DNA of 64,000 nucleotides from an uncultured Acidobacteriota bacterium (GTDB taxonomy: Bacteria; Acidobacteriota; Polarisedimenticolia; J045), in NCBI GenBank assembly GCA_963702425.1, contig CAVPCQ010000011.1, positions 64,001 through 128,000 of the forward strand, given 5' to 3'. Every line of letters starts with the position of its first letter. The stretch's first letter is position 1. The position numbers were made by a program, and so were the translations under genes. Below the pieces are notes generated by a model, which ran no database searches, had not been told where the DNA came from, and was given only the letters and a program-made list of their open reading frames with translations. Of the stretch, positions 25,352 to 35,366 are shown piece after piece.

Positions 25352-26647
25352 ATGCAGTGGCTCGATGACTACCGCCGCAAGCTCCGCACCGCGGACGAGG
25401 CGGTTCGACTGATCAAGAGCGGCGACCGCGTCTACTACGGCGGCAACGCCGCGATCCCGCAGGGACTGGTCCACGCGCTCGGTGCCCGCCACCAGGAACT
25501 CCACGACGTCCAGCTGGTGCACGTCCTGCTGCTGGGCGACGACCCGCTGTCTCGGCCCGAGATGGAAGGGCACTTCCGTCACAACTCGCTGTTCGTCGGG
25601 CCGGCCGACCGCGAGGCGGTCAACGACGGCCGCGCCGATTACGTGCCGGTCTTCCTGTACCAGATCCCGCGGCTGTTCAACGAGAAGCTGATCCCGCTCG
25701 ACGTGACGATGCTGATGGTCTCGCCGCCGGACGAGCACGGGTTCATGAGCTTCGGCGTGGAAACGATGAACGCGCGCGCCGCCGCGGGCTGCGCCAAGCA
25801 CGTCATCGTCCAGGTCAACGACAAGATGCCGCGCATCCTGGGCGACTCGTTCATTCACGTCAGCCGCGTCCATGCGATCGTCGAGCACCACCAGGCGCTG
25901 CCGGAACTGAAGCCGCACGCGATCAGCGACGTCGAGCGCCGGATCGGCGAGCACATCCGCCCGCTGATCACCGACGGTGCGACGATCCAGATGGGGATCG
26001 GCGGGATTCCCGATGCCGTCTTCGAGACGATGGACGGCCTCAAGGACCTCGGAATCCACACCGAGATGATGTCCGACGGGGCGATGCGCGCGATCGAACG
26101 CGGGATCGTCACCGGGGCCAGGAAGTCGCTCCACCCGGGCAAGGCCGTGATCACGTTCGCGCTCGGCACCGCGGAACTGTACGACTTCCTGAACAACAAC
26201 CCAATGGTCGAGGCCCACCCGGTGGACCACGTCAACGATCCCTGGGTGATCTCGATGAACGACAACCTGGTCGGGATCAACTCCGCGATCGAGATCGACC
26301 TGACGGGCCAGGTCTGCTCGGATTCGATCGGCACGCGGATCTACTCCGGCTTCGGCGGGCAAGTCGACTTCATCCGCGGCGCCGCGCGCTCGAAGGGCGG
26401 CAAGCCGATCATCGCGCTGCCCTCGACGACGGCGAAGAACGTCTCGCGCATCGTCGGGAAGCTGAAGCCGGGCGCGGGGGTCGTCACCTCGCGCGCCGAC
26501 GTGCACTACATCATCACGGAGCACGGCATCGCCTACCTGTTCGGCAAGAACCTTCGTGAGCGGGCCGAGGCGCTGATCGGGATCGCCGACCCGGAACACC
26601 GGGACGAGCTGATCCGCGAGGCGAAGGAGCGCAAGCTCATTCCGTAG
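25352..26647 (+). CDS. acetyl-CoA hydrolase/CoA-transferase (4-hydroxybutyrate CoA-transferase-like)
   Basis: QMGIGGIP, GIHTEM (catalytic Glu), EIDLTGQV, SGFGGQVDF, TEHG. Confidence 0.9.
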   Translation: MQWLDDYRRKLRTADEAVRLIKSGDRVYYGGNAAIPQGLVHALGARHQELHDVQLVHVLLLGDDPLSRPEMEGHFRHNSLFVGPADREAVNDGRADYVPVFLYQIPRLFNEKLIPLDVTMLMVSPPDEHGFMSFGVETMNARAAAGCAKHVIVQVNDKMPRILGDSFIHVSRVHAIVEHHQALPELKPHAISDVERRIGEHIRPLITDGATIQMGIGGIPDAVFETMDGLKDLGIHTEMMSDGAMRAIERGIVTGARKSLHPGKAVITFALGTAELYDFLNNNPMVEAHPVDHVNDPWVISMNDNLVGINSAIEIDLTGQVCSDSIGTRIYSGFGGQVDFIRGAARSKGGKPIIALPSTTAKNVSRIVGKLKPGAGVVTSRADVHYIITEHGIAYLFGKNLRERAEALIGIADPEHRDELIREAKERKLIP

Positions 26648-26721
26648 GGGCCGCCCTCTGTGGCGGCCCGCATGGCGCGCCTGCCGAAGTCCCGACGACG
26701 GCGCCGTGTACCATGCACGGG

Positions 26722-27306
26722 ATGTCCCCGGATCCGCTCCCGCTGGCGTTCTACCGCCGCCCGGCGCTGCAGGTCGCGCGCGACCTGCTCGGGCGGCGGC
26801 TGTGCCGCCGCCTCCCCGGCGGGCGCGTGCTTGCAGGGCGGATCGTCGAGGTCGAGGCCTACGACGGGCCGGACGACCGGGCCAGCCACGCCCGCGCCGG
26901 GCTCACCGCGCGCACCGCGCCGATGTACGAGGCCGGCGGGATCGCCTACGTCTACCTCGTGTACGGGATGCACCACTGCCTCAACGTCGTCACCGGCACG
27001 GCCGGCTACCCGGCCGCGATCCTGGTCCGTGCCGCGGAGAGCCCGGTACCCGGCGCGTCGGCCTCGGGCCCCGGGCGGCTGACGCGCGTCTTCGCGATCG
27101 ACCGCGCGCTCGACGGCGCGCCGCTGTCCGGCCCCGAGCTGTGGCTCGAGGCGGGTGAGCCGGTCCCCGACCGACTGGTCGCGCGGACCCCGCGGATCGG
27201 CGTCGACTACGCCGGCCCGTGGGCGCGGCGGCGGATGCGGATGGTGATCAAGGGGCACCCGGCGGTGTCGCGCGCGCCGCGCGCGAAGCGACCGTCCGAT
27301 CGGTAG
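26722..27306 (+). CDS. DNA-3-methyladenine glycosylase (MPG/AAG type)
   Basis: GRIVEVEAY..D.ASH, YVYLVYGMHHCLN, GPGRL, PRIGV. Confidence 0.92.
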   Translation: MSPDPLPLAFYRRPALQVARDLLGRRLCRRLPGGRVLAGRIVEVEAYDGPDDRASHARAGLTARTAPMYEAGGIAYVYLVYGMHHCLNVVTGTAGYPAAILVRAAESPVPGASASGPGRLTRVFAIDRALDGAPLSGPELWLEAGEPVPDRLVARTPRIGVDYAGPWARRRMRMVIKGHPAVSRAPRAKRPSDR

Positions 27307-27381
27307 GGGCCGGCCTCCGTGCCGGCCCGACCCTATACTCACCGGTCCCTGCCGCCCCGCGGCCCTGCCGGTGAGGATCCG

Positions 27382-28545
27382 ATGGCCTCTCCCAACCCGC
27401 TCGACTTCTTCGACGTTCGCTCGCTGCTCACCGACGAGGAGCAGGCGGTCCAGGACGCGGTCGCGCGCTTCGTCGACGAACAGGTGATCCCGGGCGCAGG
27501 CGACTGCTTCGAACAGGAGCGGTTCCCGGTCGAGCTGGTACCCCAGCTGGCCGAACTGGGCCTGTTCGGCGTCAGCATGCAGGGCTACGGCGGCGCCGGG
27601 ATGAACTCGGTCTGCTACGGCCTGGTCTGCCACGAGCTGGAGCGCGGCGACTCGGGCCTGCGCAGCTTCGTCTCGGTGCAGTCGAGCCTGTGCATGTTCC
27701 CGATCCACCGCTACGGCAGCGAGGAGCAGAAACATCGCTGGCTCCCGGCGATGGCCGCCGGAACGGCGCTCGGCTGCTTCGGCCTGACCGAGCCCGATGG
27801 CGGCTCCGACCCCGGCATGATGAAGACGCACGCGCGGCGCGACGGGTCGGACTGGGTGGTCAACGGCGCCAAGATGTGGATCACCAGCGGCACGCTGGCC
27901 GACGTCGCGGTCGTCTGGGCGATGACCGAGGACGGCGTTCGCGGCTTCCTGGTCGAGCGCGGGACGAAGGGCTACGTGGCGCGCGACATCAAGCACAAGA
28001 TGTCGCTGCGCGCGTCGGTCACCTCGGAACTCTTCTTCGACGACGTGCGGGTGCCGGACTCGGCGCGGCTGCCGGAAGCGGCCGGGCTGGCGGCACCGCT
28101 GTCGTGCCTGACCCAGGCCCGCTACGGGATCGCCTGGGGCGTGCTCGGCGCCGCCTCGGCCTGCCTGGCCGAGTCGCTCGAGTTCGCGGCCGCGCGGGTG
28201 ATGTTCGGCCGGCCGCTCTCCCATACCCAGACGATCCAGCGCCGGCTCGCCGACATGGCCCGCCGGATCACGACCGGCCGGCTGCTCGCGCTGCAGCTCG
28301 GCCGGCTCAAGGACCAGGGGCGGATGCACCACAGCCAGGTCTCGCTGGCCAAGTGGAACAACGTGCGGCTGGCGCTCGACATCGCCCGCGACGCGCGCGA
28401 TCTGCTCGGAGGGGGCGGGATCACGCTCGATCACCACGCGATCCGTCACATGCTGAACCTCGAGAGCGTCGTGACCTACGAGGGGACGGAGACGATCCAC
28501 GAACTGGTCGTCGGCCGCGAGCTGACGGGGGTGGCCGCCTTCTAG
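27382..28545 (+). CDS. acyl-CoA dehydrogenase, glutaryl-CoA dehydrogenase-like
   Basis: ELERGDSG, CFGLTEPDGGSDP, KMWIT, SLRAS, ARYGIAWG, TYEGT. Confidence 0.9.
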   Translation: MASPNPLDFFDVRSLLTDEEQAVQDAVARFVDEQVIPGAGDCFEQERFPVELVPQLAELGLFGVSMQGYGGAGMNSVCYGLVCHELERGDSGLRSFVSVQSSLCMFPIHRYGSEEQKHRWLPAMAAGTALGCFGLTEPDGGSDPGMMKTHARRDGSDWVVNGAKMWITSGTLADVAVVWAMTEDGVRGFLVERGTKGYVARDIKHKMSLRASVTSELFFDDVRVPDSARLPEAAGLAAPLSCLTQARYGIAWGVLGAASACLAESLEFAAARVMFGRPLSHTQTIQRRLADMARRITTGRLLALQLGRLKDQGRMHHSQVSLAKWNNVRLALDIARDARDLLGGGGITLDHHAIRHMLNLESVVTYEGTETIHELVVGRELTGVAAF

Positions 28546-28593
28546 CCCTCACTCGCCTCGCTCGGCACGCCCGGACGGCGCTATGATGCGCCC

Positions 28594-28938
28594 ATGCCGG
28601 CGAAGAAGACGCTCTTCCGCGTCGCGTTCCACAACCAGGGTCAGCTGTACGAGGTCTATGCCCGGCGCGTGAGCCACGGCGAGATCCTGGGTTTCGTCGA
28701 GGTCGAGGGGCTGGCCTTCGGGGCCAAGGGGACGCTCGTCGTCGACCCCTCCGAGGAGCGGCTCCAGCGCGAGTTCGAGGGGGTCCGGCGCTTCTTCGTG
28801 CCGCTGCACGCCGTGGTGCGGATCGACGAGGTCGAGAAGGAAGGGCCGGCGCGCATTCTCGAGGCCGCCAAGGGGGCCACCGTCGCGCCCTTCCCGGTGC
28901 CGCTGATCCGGCCCGAAGCGCCGCCGTCCAAGTCCTGA
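28594..28938 (+). CDS. DUF1820-like protein, copy A
   Basis: FHNQGQLYEVYAR, VVDPSEERL..EF.GV, P.HAVVRIDEVEKEG. Confidence 0.8.
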   Translation: MPAKKTLFRVAFHNQGQLYEVYARRVSHGEILGFVEVEGLAFGAKGTLVVDPSEERLQREFEGVRRFFVPLHAVVRIDEVEKEGPARILEAAKGATVAPFPVPLIRPEAPPSKS

Positions 28939-28954
28939 CCAGAGAGGTGTGCCG

Positions 28955-31261
28955 ATGATCCGGTTCCGCATGCTCGCTGCCCTCGCCGTCCTGGCCGCGC
29001 TGTCGTCGCCCGCGCGCGCCCAGCAGCCGGCTCCCGTGCCGGCCGAAGTGTCGGGCCCGGTCGTGGTCACGCCGGGGCCGCCCCCGGCGCCGGCCCCGGA
29101 CGCGACCGTCCCGCCCGAGCTGGGCCGTCGCCCCAAGGTCGGTCTCGTGCTCTCCGGCGGCGGCGCGCGCGGCGCGGCGCACGTCGGCGTCCTGCGCGTG
29201 CTGCGCGAGCTGCGGATCCCGATCGACTACATCGCCGGCACGAGCATGGGCTCGATCGTCGGCGGCCTGTACGCCAGCGGGATGTCGGTCGAGGAGCTGG
29301 AGGAGGTCGTCGACACGACCGACTGGTTCGACGTCTTCAACGACTCCTCGCGGCGCCAGTACCTGTCGTTCCGCCGCAAGCAGGACGACGTCCAGGTGCT
29401 GTCGCCGATCCGGATCGGGATCGAGAAGGGGAAGGCACCGTTCCCGGCGGGCCTGATCACCGGCCAGAAGGTGAGCGGCATGCTGCGCGACTACGCGATC
29501 ACCGCCGCCGGAATCGAGAGCTTCAACGATCTGCCGATCCCGTTCACCGCGGTGGCGACCGACCTGGCCACGGGCGAGATGGTCCTGCTCCGCAGCGGGA
29601 GCCTGGCGGAGGCGATGCGCGCGAGCATGTCGGTCCCGGGCGTGTTCACCCCGGTCGAGATCGACGGCCGGCACCTGGTCGATGGCGGGCTGGTGCGCAA
29701 CCTCCCGGTCGACGTCGTTCGCGCGATGGGAGCGGAGGTCGTGATCGCCGTCGACATCAGCACCCCGCTCGCCGACATCAAGGAGATCAGGACGTTCCTC
29801 AACGTGACCGGGCAGATGAACGGGTTCCAGACCCGCAAGAACGTGCTGGAGCAGATCGAGACGCTCGGTCCGCAGGACACCTTGATCGTGCCCGCGCTGG
29901 AGGGGATCAGCGCCGGGAGCTTCGAGCCCGAGAAGCTCGAACTGGCGATCGAGTCCGGCGAGGAGGCCGCGCGGCAGCACGCCACGGAACTCGAGCGGCT
30001 GGCCGTGTCCCCCGAGGACTACGCCGCCTACCAGAAGCGCCATTTTCGGAACACGACCCGGGTCGTCCAGATCCGCAAGGTCGATGTCTCCAACGATTCG
30101 CACCTGGACTCGCGTGTCCTGCTCGCCCGCGTGAGGGTCAGGCCTGACGCGCCGCTCGACCTGTCGATCCTCAACGCCGACCTGGCCCGGCTGTACGAGC
30201 TGGACGCCTTCGAGCTGGTCGACTACATCCTGATTCCGGTCGAGGGCGAAAAGAACAGGTTCGACCTCCTGATCCGAGCGAAGGCCAAGACCTGGGCCCG
30301 CCACTACCTCCGCGTCGGCCTCAGCCTGGTCTCGGACCTGACCGGATACGGGGAGTTCACCGCCCTCGGCTCGTACACCATGACCCAGCTCAACGGGCTC
30401 GGGGCGGAGTGGCGGACCTACGCGGGGGTCGGGACCAGGCCCCTGATCGAGACCGAGTTCTACCAGCCGATCGACTGGGCCGGTCACTGGTTCGTCTCGG
30501 CCGCCGGGGGCTGGCGCCGCGTCCCCTACCCGGTCGTCAGCCTGGACAACCTGATCATCGACTTCGAGCTCGATCGCGCCGCGGTCTACGCCGACATCGG
30601 CCGCCAGTTCGGCCGCTACGCAGAACTGCGCCTCGGCGTCGTTCAGGCCTGGCGCACGGCGAGGCTTCAGACGCTCGAACCGGGCGCGATAGAGCTCGAC
30701 AGCAACCCGCTCGCCGGGAGGCTGCGTTTCGACTGGGACACGCTGGACAACGTCAACTTCCCGCGCCACGGACTGCGGTCGATCCTCGAGGGGCAGTACG
30801 CCTTCAACGGCGGCGTCGACGACGACTCGTTCGAGACGGCCGAGTTGCAGGTCAATGGCGCGTTCAGCTTCGGCAAGAACACCTTCGTCCCGGGGATGCG
30901 GGCCGGGTGGGCGGGAGGCGCGCCGACGATCTTCGACCAGTACTCGTTCGGCGGCCTCTTCAACCTCTCCGGATACGGCGCGCAGCGCTATTTCGGCACG
31001 AAGGCGGTGCTGGCGAAGCTGATCTACTACCGAAGGCTGCTCGAACTCCCGGCCCAGCTCGGATCGGGGATCTACGCCGGCGTCGGGGTCGATGGGGCCT
31101 ACTCGAAGGACCCCGTGGCCGGGGCCCCGACGGATGGCTGGAAGGGCTCGGCCTCCGCCTTCGTCGGCGCCGATACGCTGATCGGCCCCCTTTACGTTGC
31201 CTACGGCATCTCGTCGGACGGGGTGGACTCGTTCTACCTGTTCCTCGGCCGGCTGTTCTGA
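28955..31261 (+). CDS. patatin-like phospholipase + POTRA-like domain + beta-barrel (PlpD-like), copy A
   Basis: Signal peptide, SGGGARG, GTSMG, DGG, C-terminal amphipathic barrel ending YLFLGRLF. Confidence 0.88.
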   Translation: MIRFRMLAALAVLAALSSPARAQQPAPVPAEVSGPVVVTPGPPPAPAPDATVPPELGRRPKVGLVLSGGGARGAAHVGVLRVLRELRIPIDYIAGTSMGSIVGGLYASGMSVEELEEVVDTTDWFDVFNDSSRRQYLSFRRKQDDVQVLSPIRIGIEKGKAPFPAGLITGQKVSGMLRDYAITAAGIESFNDLPIPFTAVATDLATGEMVLLRSGSLAEAMRASMSVPGVFTPVEIDGRHLVDGGLVRNLPVDVVRAMGAEVVIAVDISTPLADIKEIRTFLNVTGQMNGFQTRKNVLEQIETLGPQDTLIVPALEGISAGSFEPEKLELAIESGEEAARQHATELERLAVSPEDYAAYQKRHFRNTTRVVQIRKVDVSNDSHLDSRVLLARVRVRPDAPLDLSILNADLARLYELDAFELVDYILIPVEGEKNRFDLLIRAKAKTWARHYLRVGLSLVSDLTGYGEFTALGSYTMTQLNGLGAEWRTYAGVGTRPLIETEFYQPIDWAGHWFVSAAGGWRRVPYPVVSLDNLIIDFELDRAAVYADIGRQFGRYAELRLGVVQAWRTARLQTLEPGAIELDSNPLAGRLRFDWDTLDNVNFPRHGLRSILEGQYAFNGGVDDDSFETAELQVNGAFSFGKNTFVPGMRAGWAGGAPTIFDQYSFGGLFNLSGYGAQRYFGTKAVLAKLIYYRRLLELPAQLGSGIYAGVGVDGAYSKDPVAGAPTDGWKGSASAFVGADTLIGPLYVAYGISSDGVDSFYLFLGRLF

Positions 31262-31288
31262 TCGTCCGGCGGGCGGCCGGGGCGCCCG

Positions 31289-31564
31289 CTACGCGCCCCG
31301 GTCCCCGCGGACCTTCGGACCGGTCGACCCGTGGTGGCCGTGGGTGTCGGTGTGGAGCGTGCCCGACGACCCGCCGGTCCCGTGGGCCTGCTCCCCTTCG
31401 GCGAGCAGCTCGACCTGGCCGGCCTCGATCAATTTCGAGACGCCCGGCGCGTCGATGGCGTCGTCGGCGATCTGGCCCGATTTTCCGGGGCCGAGGCGAA
31501 GCACCTTGCCGCGCGGGAGACGCACCGCGAGGGGCGGAACGGTCCTGTTCACGATCGTTCTCAT
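31289..31564 (-). CDS. hypothetical 91-aa protein, copy A
   Basis: ORF kept open in both duplicates; GAGGAG RBS; His/Gly-rich tail. Confidence 0.7.
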   Translation of the reverse strand: MRTIVNRTVPPLAVRLPRGKVLRLGPGKSGQIADDAIDAPGVSKLIEAGQVELLAEGEQAHGTGGSSGTLHTDTHGHHGSTGPKVRGDRGA

Positions 31565-31608
31565 CGAATACGCTCCTCTTCACTGGGTGCGAGGGGATCG
31601 TACGCCGA

Positions 31609-31944
31609 TCAGCCGATTCCGAACAGGCGCGTCAGGAGCGGCACCCCGGCCGACGCGACGATCGCGCTGGCCAGGTCGAGCAGCGTCCCAAGGCGCAGCA
31701 TGACCGTGATCGGCACGCAGCCCGAGCCGTAGACGATCGCGTTGGGCGGCGTCGAGACCGGCAGCATGAAAGCCATCGAGGCCCCGAGCGCGACCGCCAT
31801 CGCGGGCGGCACCGGGCTGACGCCGGCGGCCTGGGCCGCGGCGATCGCCAGCGGGGCGACGATCGTCGCCGCCGCGGTGTTGGAGGTCGTCTCGGTCAGG
31901 ACGATCGCGAGGAGCGTGAACGGCACGGTCAGGGCCGCCAGCGA
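31609..31944 (-). pseudogene. 3' fragment of a DASS symporter gene (duplication remnant)
   Basis: Near-identical to the C-terminus of 35367-36926 (TETTSNTA, AFMLPVSTPPNAIVY); the 5' ~80% is missing. Confidence 0.88.
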
Positions 31945-31945
31945 G

Positions 31946-32289
31946 GGCTTCCTGGTCGAGCGCGGGACGAGGGGCTACCTCGCGCGCGACATCAAGCGCA
32001 AGATGTCGCTGCGCGCCTCGGTCACCTCGGAGCTGTTCGTCGACGACGTCCGGGTGCCGGACTCGGCGCGGCTCCCCGAGGCGGCCGGCCTCGCGGCGCC
32101 GCTGTCGTGCCTGACCCAGGCCCGCTACGGCATCGTCTGGGGCGCGCTCGGCGAGGGCGGGATCACGCTCGACCAGCACGCGATCCGCCACATGCTCAAC
32201 CTCGAGAGCGTGATCACCTACGAGGGGACCGAGACGATCCACGAACTGGCCGTCGGCCGCGAGCTGACCGGCGTGGCGGCGTTCCAGCC
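31946..32289 (+). pseudogene. 3' fragment of acyl-CoA dehydrogenase with internal deletion (duplication remnant)
   Basis: Matches 27943-28545 but lacks about 261 bp; stop TAG changed to CAG; no start. Confidence 0.88.
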
Positions 32290-32337
32290 GGCCGGCGCCG
32301 GTCGCTCGCCGCAGGCCGACCCGTCTATCATGCGCGC

Positions 32338-32685
32338 ATGGCCGCGAAGAAGCCGCTCTTCCGCGTCGCGTTCCACAACCAGGGCCAGCTCTACGAGGTC
32401 TACGCCCGGCGCGTGAGCCACGGCGAGCTGCTCGGGTTCGTCGAGGTCGCGGAGCTCGTCTTCGGGGCCAAGGGGCGGCTCGTGGTCGACCCCTCGGAAG
32501 AGCGGCTGGAGCGGGAGTTCGAGGGGGTCCCCCGCTTCTTCGTGCCGATGCACGCCGTCGTCCGGATCGACGAGGTCGAGAAGGAAGGGTCTCCGCGGAT
32601 CCTCGAGGCGGCCGTCAAGGGGGCGACTGTCGCCCCGTTCCCGGTGCCGCTCATGCGGCCCGACGCGCCCCCGTCCGAGTCGTGA
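32338..32685 (+). CDS. DUF1820-like protein, copy B
   Basis: MAAKKPLFRVAFHNQGQLYEVYAR; paralog of 28594-28938. Confidence 0.8.
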   Translation: MAAKKPLFRVAFHNQGQLYEVYARRVSHGELLGFVEVAELVFGAKGRLVVDPSEERLEREFEGVPRFFVPMHAVVRIDEVEKEGSPRILEAAVKGATVAPFPVPLMRPDAPPSES

Positions 32686-32698
32686 AAGAGGTGCCACC

Positions 32699-35019
32699 GT
32701 GATCTGCCGACCCTGCCTTGCCGCCTTCGCCCTGCTGGTTGCTCTCGCCGCCCCCGCTCGCGCCCAGCAGCCGGCTCCCGTGCCGGCCGAAGTGTCGGGC
32801 CAGCCCGTGGTCGACGCCGGGGCCGCCCCTGGCGCCGGCCCCGGCCGGCGATCAGCCCGTCCCGCCGGAGATCGCCCGCCGTCCCAAGGTCGGCCTCGTG
32901 CTCTCCGGCGGCGGCGCGCGCGGAGCGGCACACGTCGGCGTGCTGAGGGTGTTGAAGGAGCTGCGGATCCCGATCGACTACATCGCCGGAACGAGCATGG
33001 GCGCGATCGTCGGGGGCCTCTACGCCAGCGGGCTGTCCGTCGACGAGCTGCAGGAGGTCGTCGACACGACCGACTGGTTCGACGTCTTCAACGACAGCTC
33101 CCGCCGCCAGTACCTCTCCTTCCGCCGCAAGCAGGACGACGCCCGGGTACTGTCGCCGGTCCGGATCGGGATCGAGAAGGGGAAGCCCGCGCTCCCGCCC
33201 GGGCTGATCACCGGCCAGAATGTGACCATCCTGATGCACGCACTGACGCTCCCGTCCGCCGGGATCGAGCGCTTCGACGACCTGCCGATCCCGTTCCGCG
33301 CGGTGGCGACCGACCTCGTGACCGGCGAGAAGGTCGTGCTCGACCGCGGGAGCCTGTCCCTGGCGATGCGGGCGAGCATGTCGGTCCCGGGCGCGTTCAC
33401 GCCGGTCGAGATCGACGGCAGGCGGCTGCTCGACGGCGGGCTCGTCGCCAACCTCCCGATCGACGTCGCGCGCCAGATGGGGGCCGAGGTCGTGATCGCG
33501 GTCGACATCAGCACGCCCGCTCGCCACGTCCGACCAGATCAGGACGCTGCTCAACGTGGCCGGGCAGATGAACGGATTCCAGACCCGCAAGAACGTGCTC
33601 GAGCAGATCGCGACGCTGGGGCCGCAGGACATCCTGATCGTGCCCGAGCTCGAGGGGATTTCAGGCCGGCAGCTTCGAGCGCGAGAGGATCGACGGCGGC
33701 GATCCTCGACGGCGAGGCGGCGGCGCGGGAGCACGCCACGGCGCTCGAGCGGCTGGCGGTCTCTCCCGCGGACTACGCCGCCTACCAGCAGCGGCGGTTC
33801 CGCAACGCCACCCGCGTGGTCCAGGTCCGGAACGTCACGGTCGAGAACGACTCCCACCTCGACGATCGCGTCCTGCTCGATCGCCTGCGGGTCGAGCCCG
33901 ACTCCCCGCTCGACATCACGGTCCTCAACGCCGACGTGGCGCGGCTCTACGAGCTCGACGCCTTCGAGCTGGTCGACTTTCGCCTGATGCCGATCGAGGG
34001 GGAGAAGGACCGCTTCGACCTCGTGATCAAGGCCAACGCCAAGACCTGGGGGCGCCACTTCCTGCGCTTCGGCCTCAACCTGGTCTCGAACCTGACCGGA
34101 TACGGGGAGTTCACGGCGCTGGCGTCGTACACGATGACCGAGCTGAACGGGCTGGGCGCCGAGTGGCGCACCACCGTGGGGGTCGGGACGCGGCCGCTGG
34201 TCGACACCGAGTTCTACCAGCCGCTCGACTACCGGGGCCGCTGGTTCTTCGCCCCCTACGGCGGATGGCGCCGCGAGCCGTACCCGGTTGACCGCCGCGA
34301 ACGGCGCGGAGCTGGAGTTCCGGGCTCGACCGCGGGACGGCCGGGATCGATTTCGGCCGCCAGTTCGGCCGCTGGGCCGAGCTTCGTCTGGGTGCCTTCG
34401 CCTCCCGGCGCGACGCCAAGCTCGAGACGCTCGGCATCGTCCCCTTCAAGATCTCGAGCGACCCGATCGGGGCCAGGCTGCGGTTCGAGTGGGACACCCT
34501 CGACAGCGTCAACTTCCCGCGCAGCGGGTGGAAGGCCGTCCTTGACTCCGAGTTCGCCTACAAGGGCGGCATCAACGACGAGTCGTTCGAGACGGCGAAT
34601 CTCCGCGTCGGGGGCGCGATCAGCTTCGGCAACAACACGCTTCTCCCCGTCGGTGTTCCTCGGTTGGGCCGGGAGGCTCGCCCACCGTGTTCGACCAGTA
34701 CGCCTTCGGCGGCCTGTTCAACCTCTCCGGCTACGGCGTGCAGCGCTACTTCGGGACCGAGGCCGCGCTGGCCAAGCTGGCCTATTACAGGCGGCTGCTC
34801 GAACTCCCGCCGCAGCTGGGCTCCGGCATCTTCGCGGGACTGGCGGTCGAGGGGGCATACGCCAGGGACCCGGTCGCCGGCGTTCCGACGGATGGATGGA
34901 AGGGCGCGGCAGCCGCGTACCTCGGCGCCGACACGCTGATCGGGCCGCTCTACCTTGCGTACGGCATCTCGTCGGACGGGGTGGACTCGTTCTACCTGTT
35001 CCTGGGCCGGCTGTTCTGA
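32699..35019 (+). CDS. patatin-POTRA-beta-barrel protein, copy B (multiple frameshifts; sequencing error or decay)
   Basis: Same motifs as copy A spread across the frames of ORFs 32699, 32718, 33556 and 34687; ends YLFLGRLF. Confidence 0.8.
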
Positions 35020-35046
35020 TCGTCCGGCGGGCGGCCGGGGCGCCCG

Positions 35047-35322
35047 CTACGCGCCCCGGTCGCCGCGGACCTTCGGACCGGTCGACCCGTGGTGGCCGTG
35101 GGTGTCGGTGTGGAGCGTGCCCGACGACCCGCCGGTCCCGTGGGCCTGCTCCCCTTCGGCGAGCAGCTCGACCTGGCCAGCCTCGACCAGCTTCGCGACG
35201 CCGGGCGCGTCGATGGCGTCGTCGGCGATCTGGCCCGATTTTCCGGGGCCGAGGCGAAGCACCTTGCCGCGCGGAAGACGCACCGCGAGGGGCTGAACGG
35301 TCCTGTTCACGATCGTTCTCAT
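35047..35322 (-). CDS. hypothetical 91-aa protein, copy B
   Basis: 3 amino-acid differences from copy A. Confidence 0.7.
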   Translation of the reverse strand: MRTIVNRTVQPLAVRLPRGKVLRLGPGKSGQIADDAIDAPGVAKLVEAGQVELLAEGEQAHGTGGSSGTLHTDTHGHHGSTGPKVRGDRGA

Positions 35323-35366
35323 CGAATCCGCTCCTCTTCACTGGGTGCGAGGGGATTGTACGCCGA

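Larger units (their letters stand above)
27943..31944. repeat. tandem duplication, copy A
   Basis: Aligns by eye gene-for-gene to 31946-35702: ACAD 3' part, DUF1820, patatin, 91-aa ORF, DASS 3' part. Confidence 0.92.

Noticed and set aside
31742-32416. 224-aa ORF as a novel fusion gene
   Set aside because: Its N-terminus is the antisense of the DASS fragment running into the ACAD remnant; no RBS or promoter evidence.
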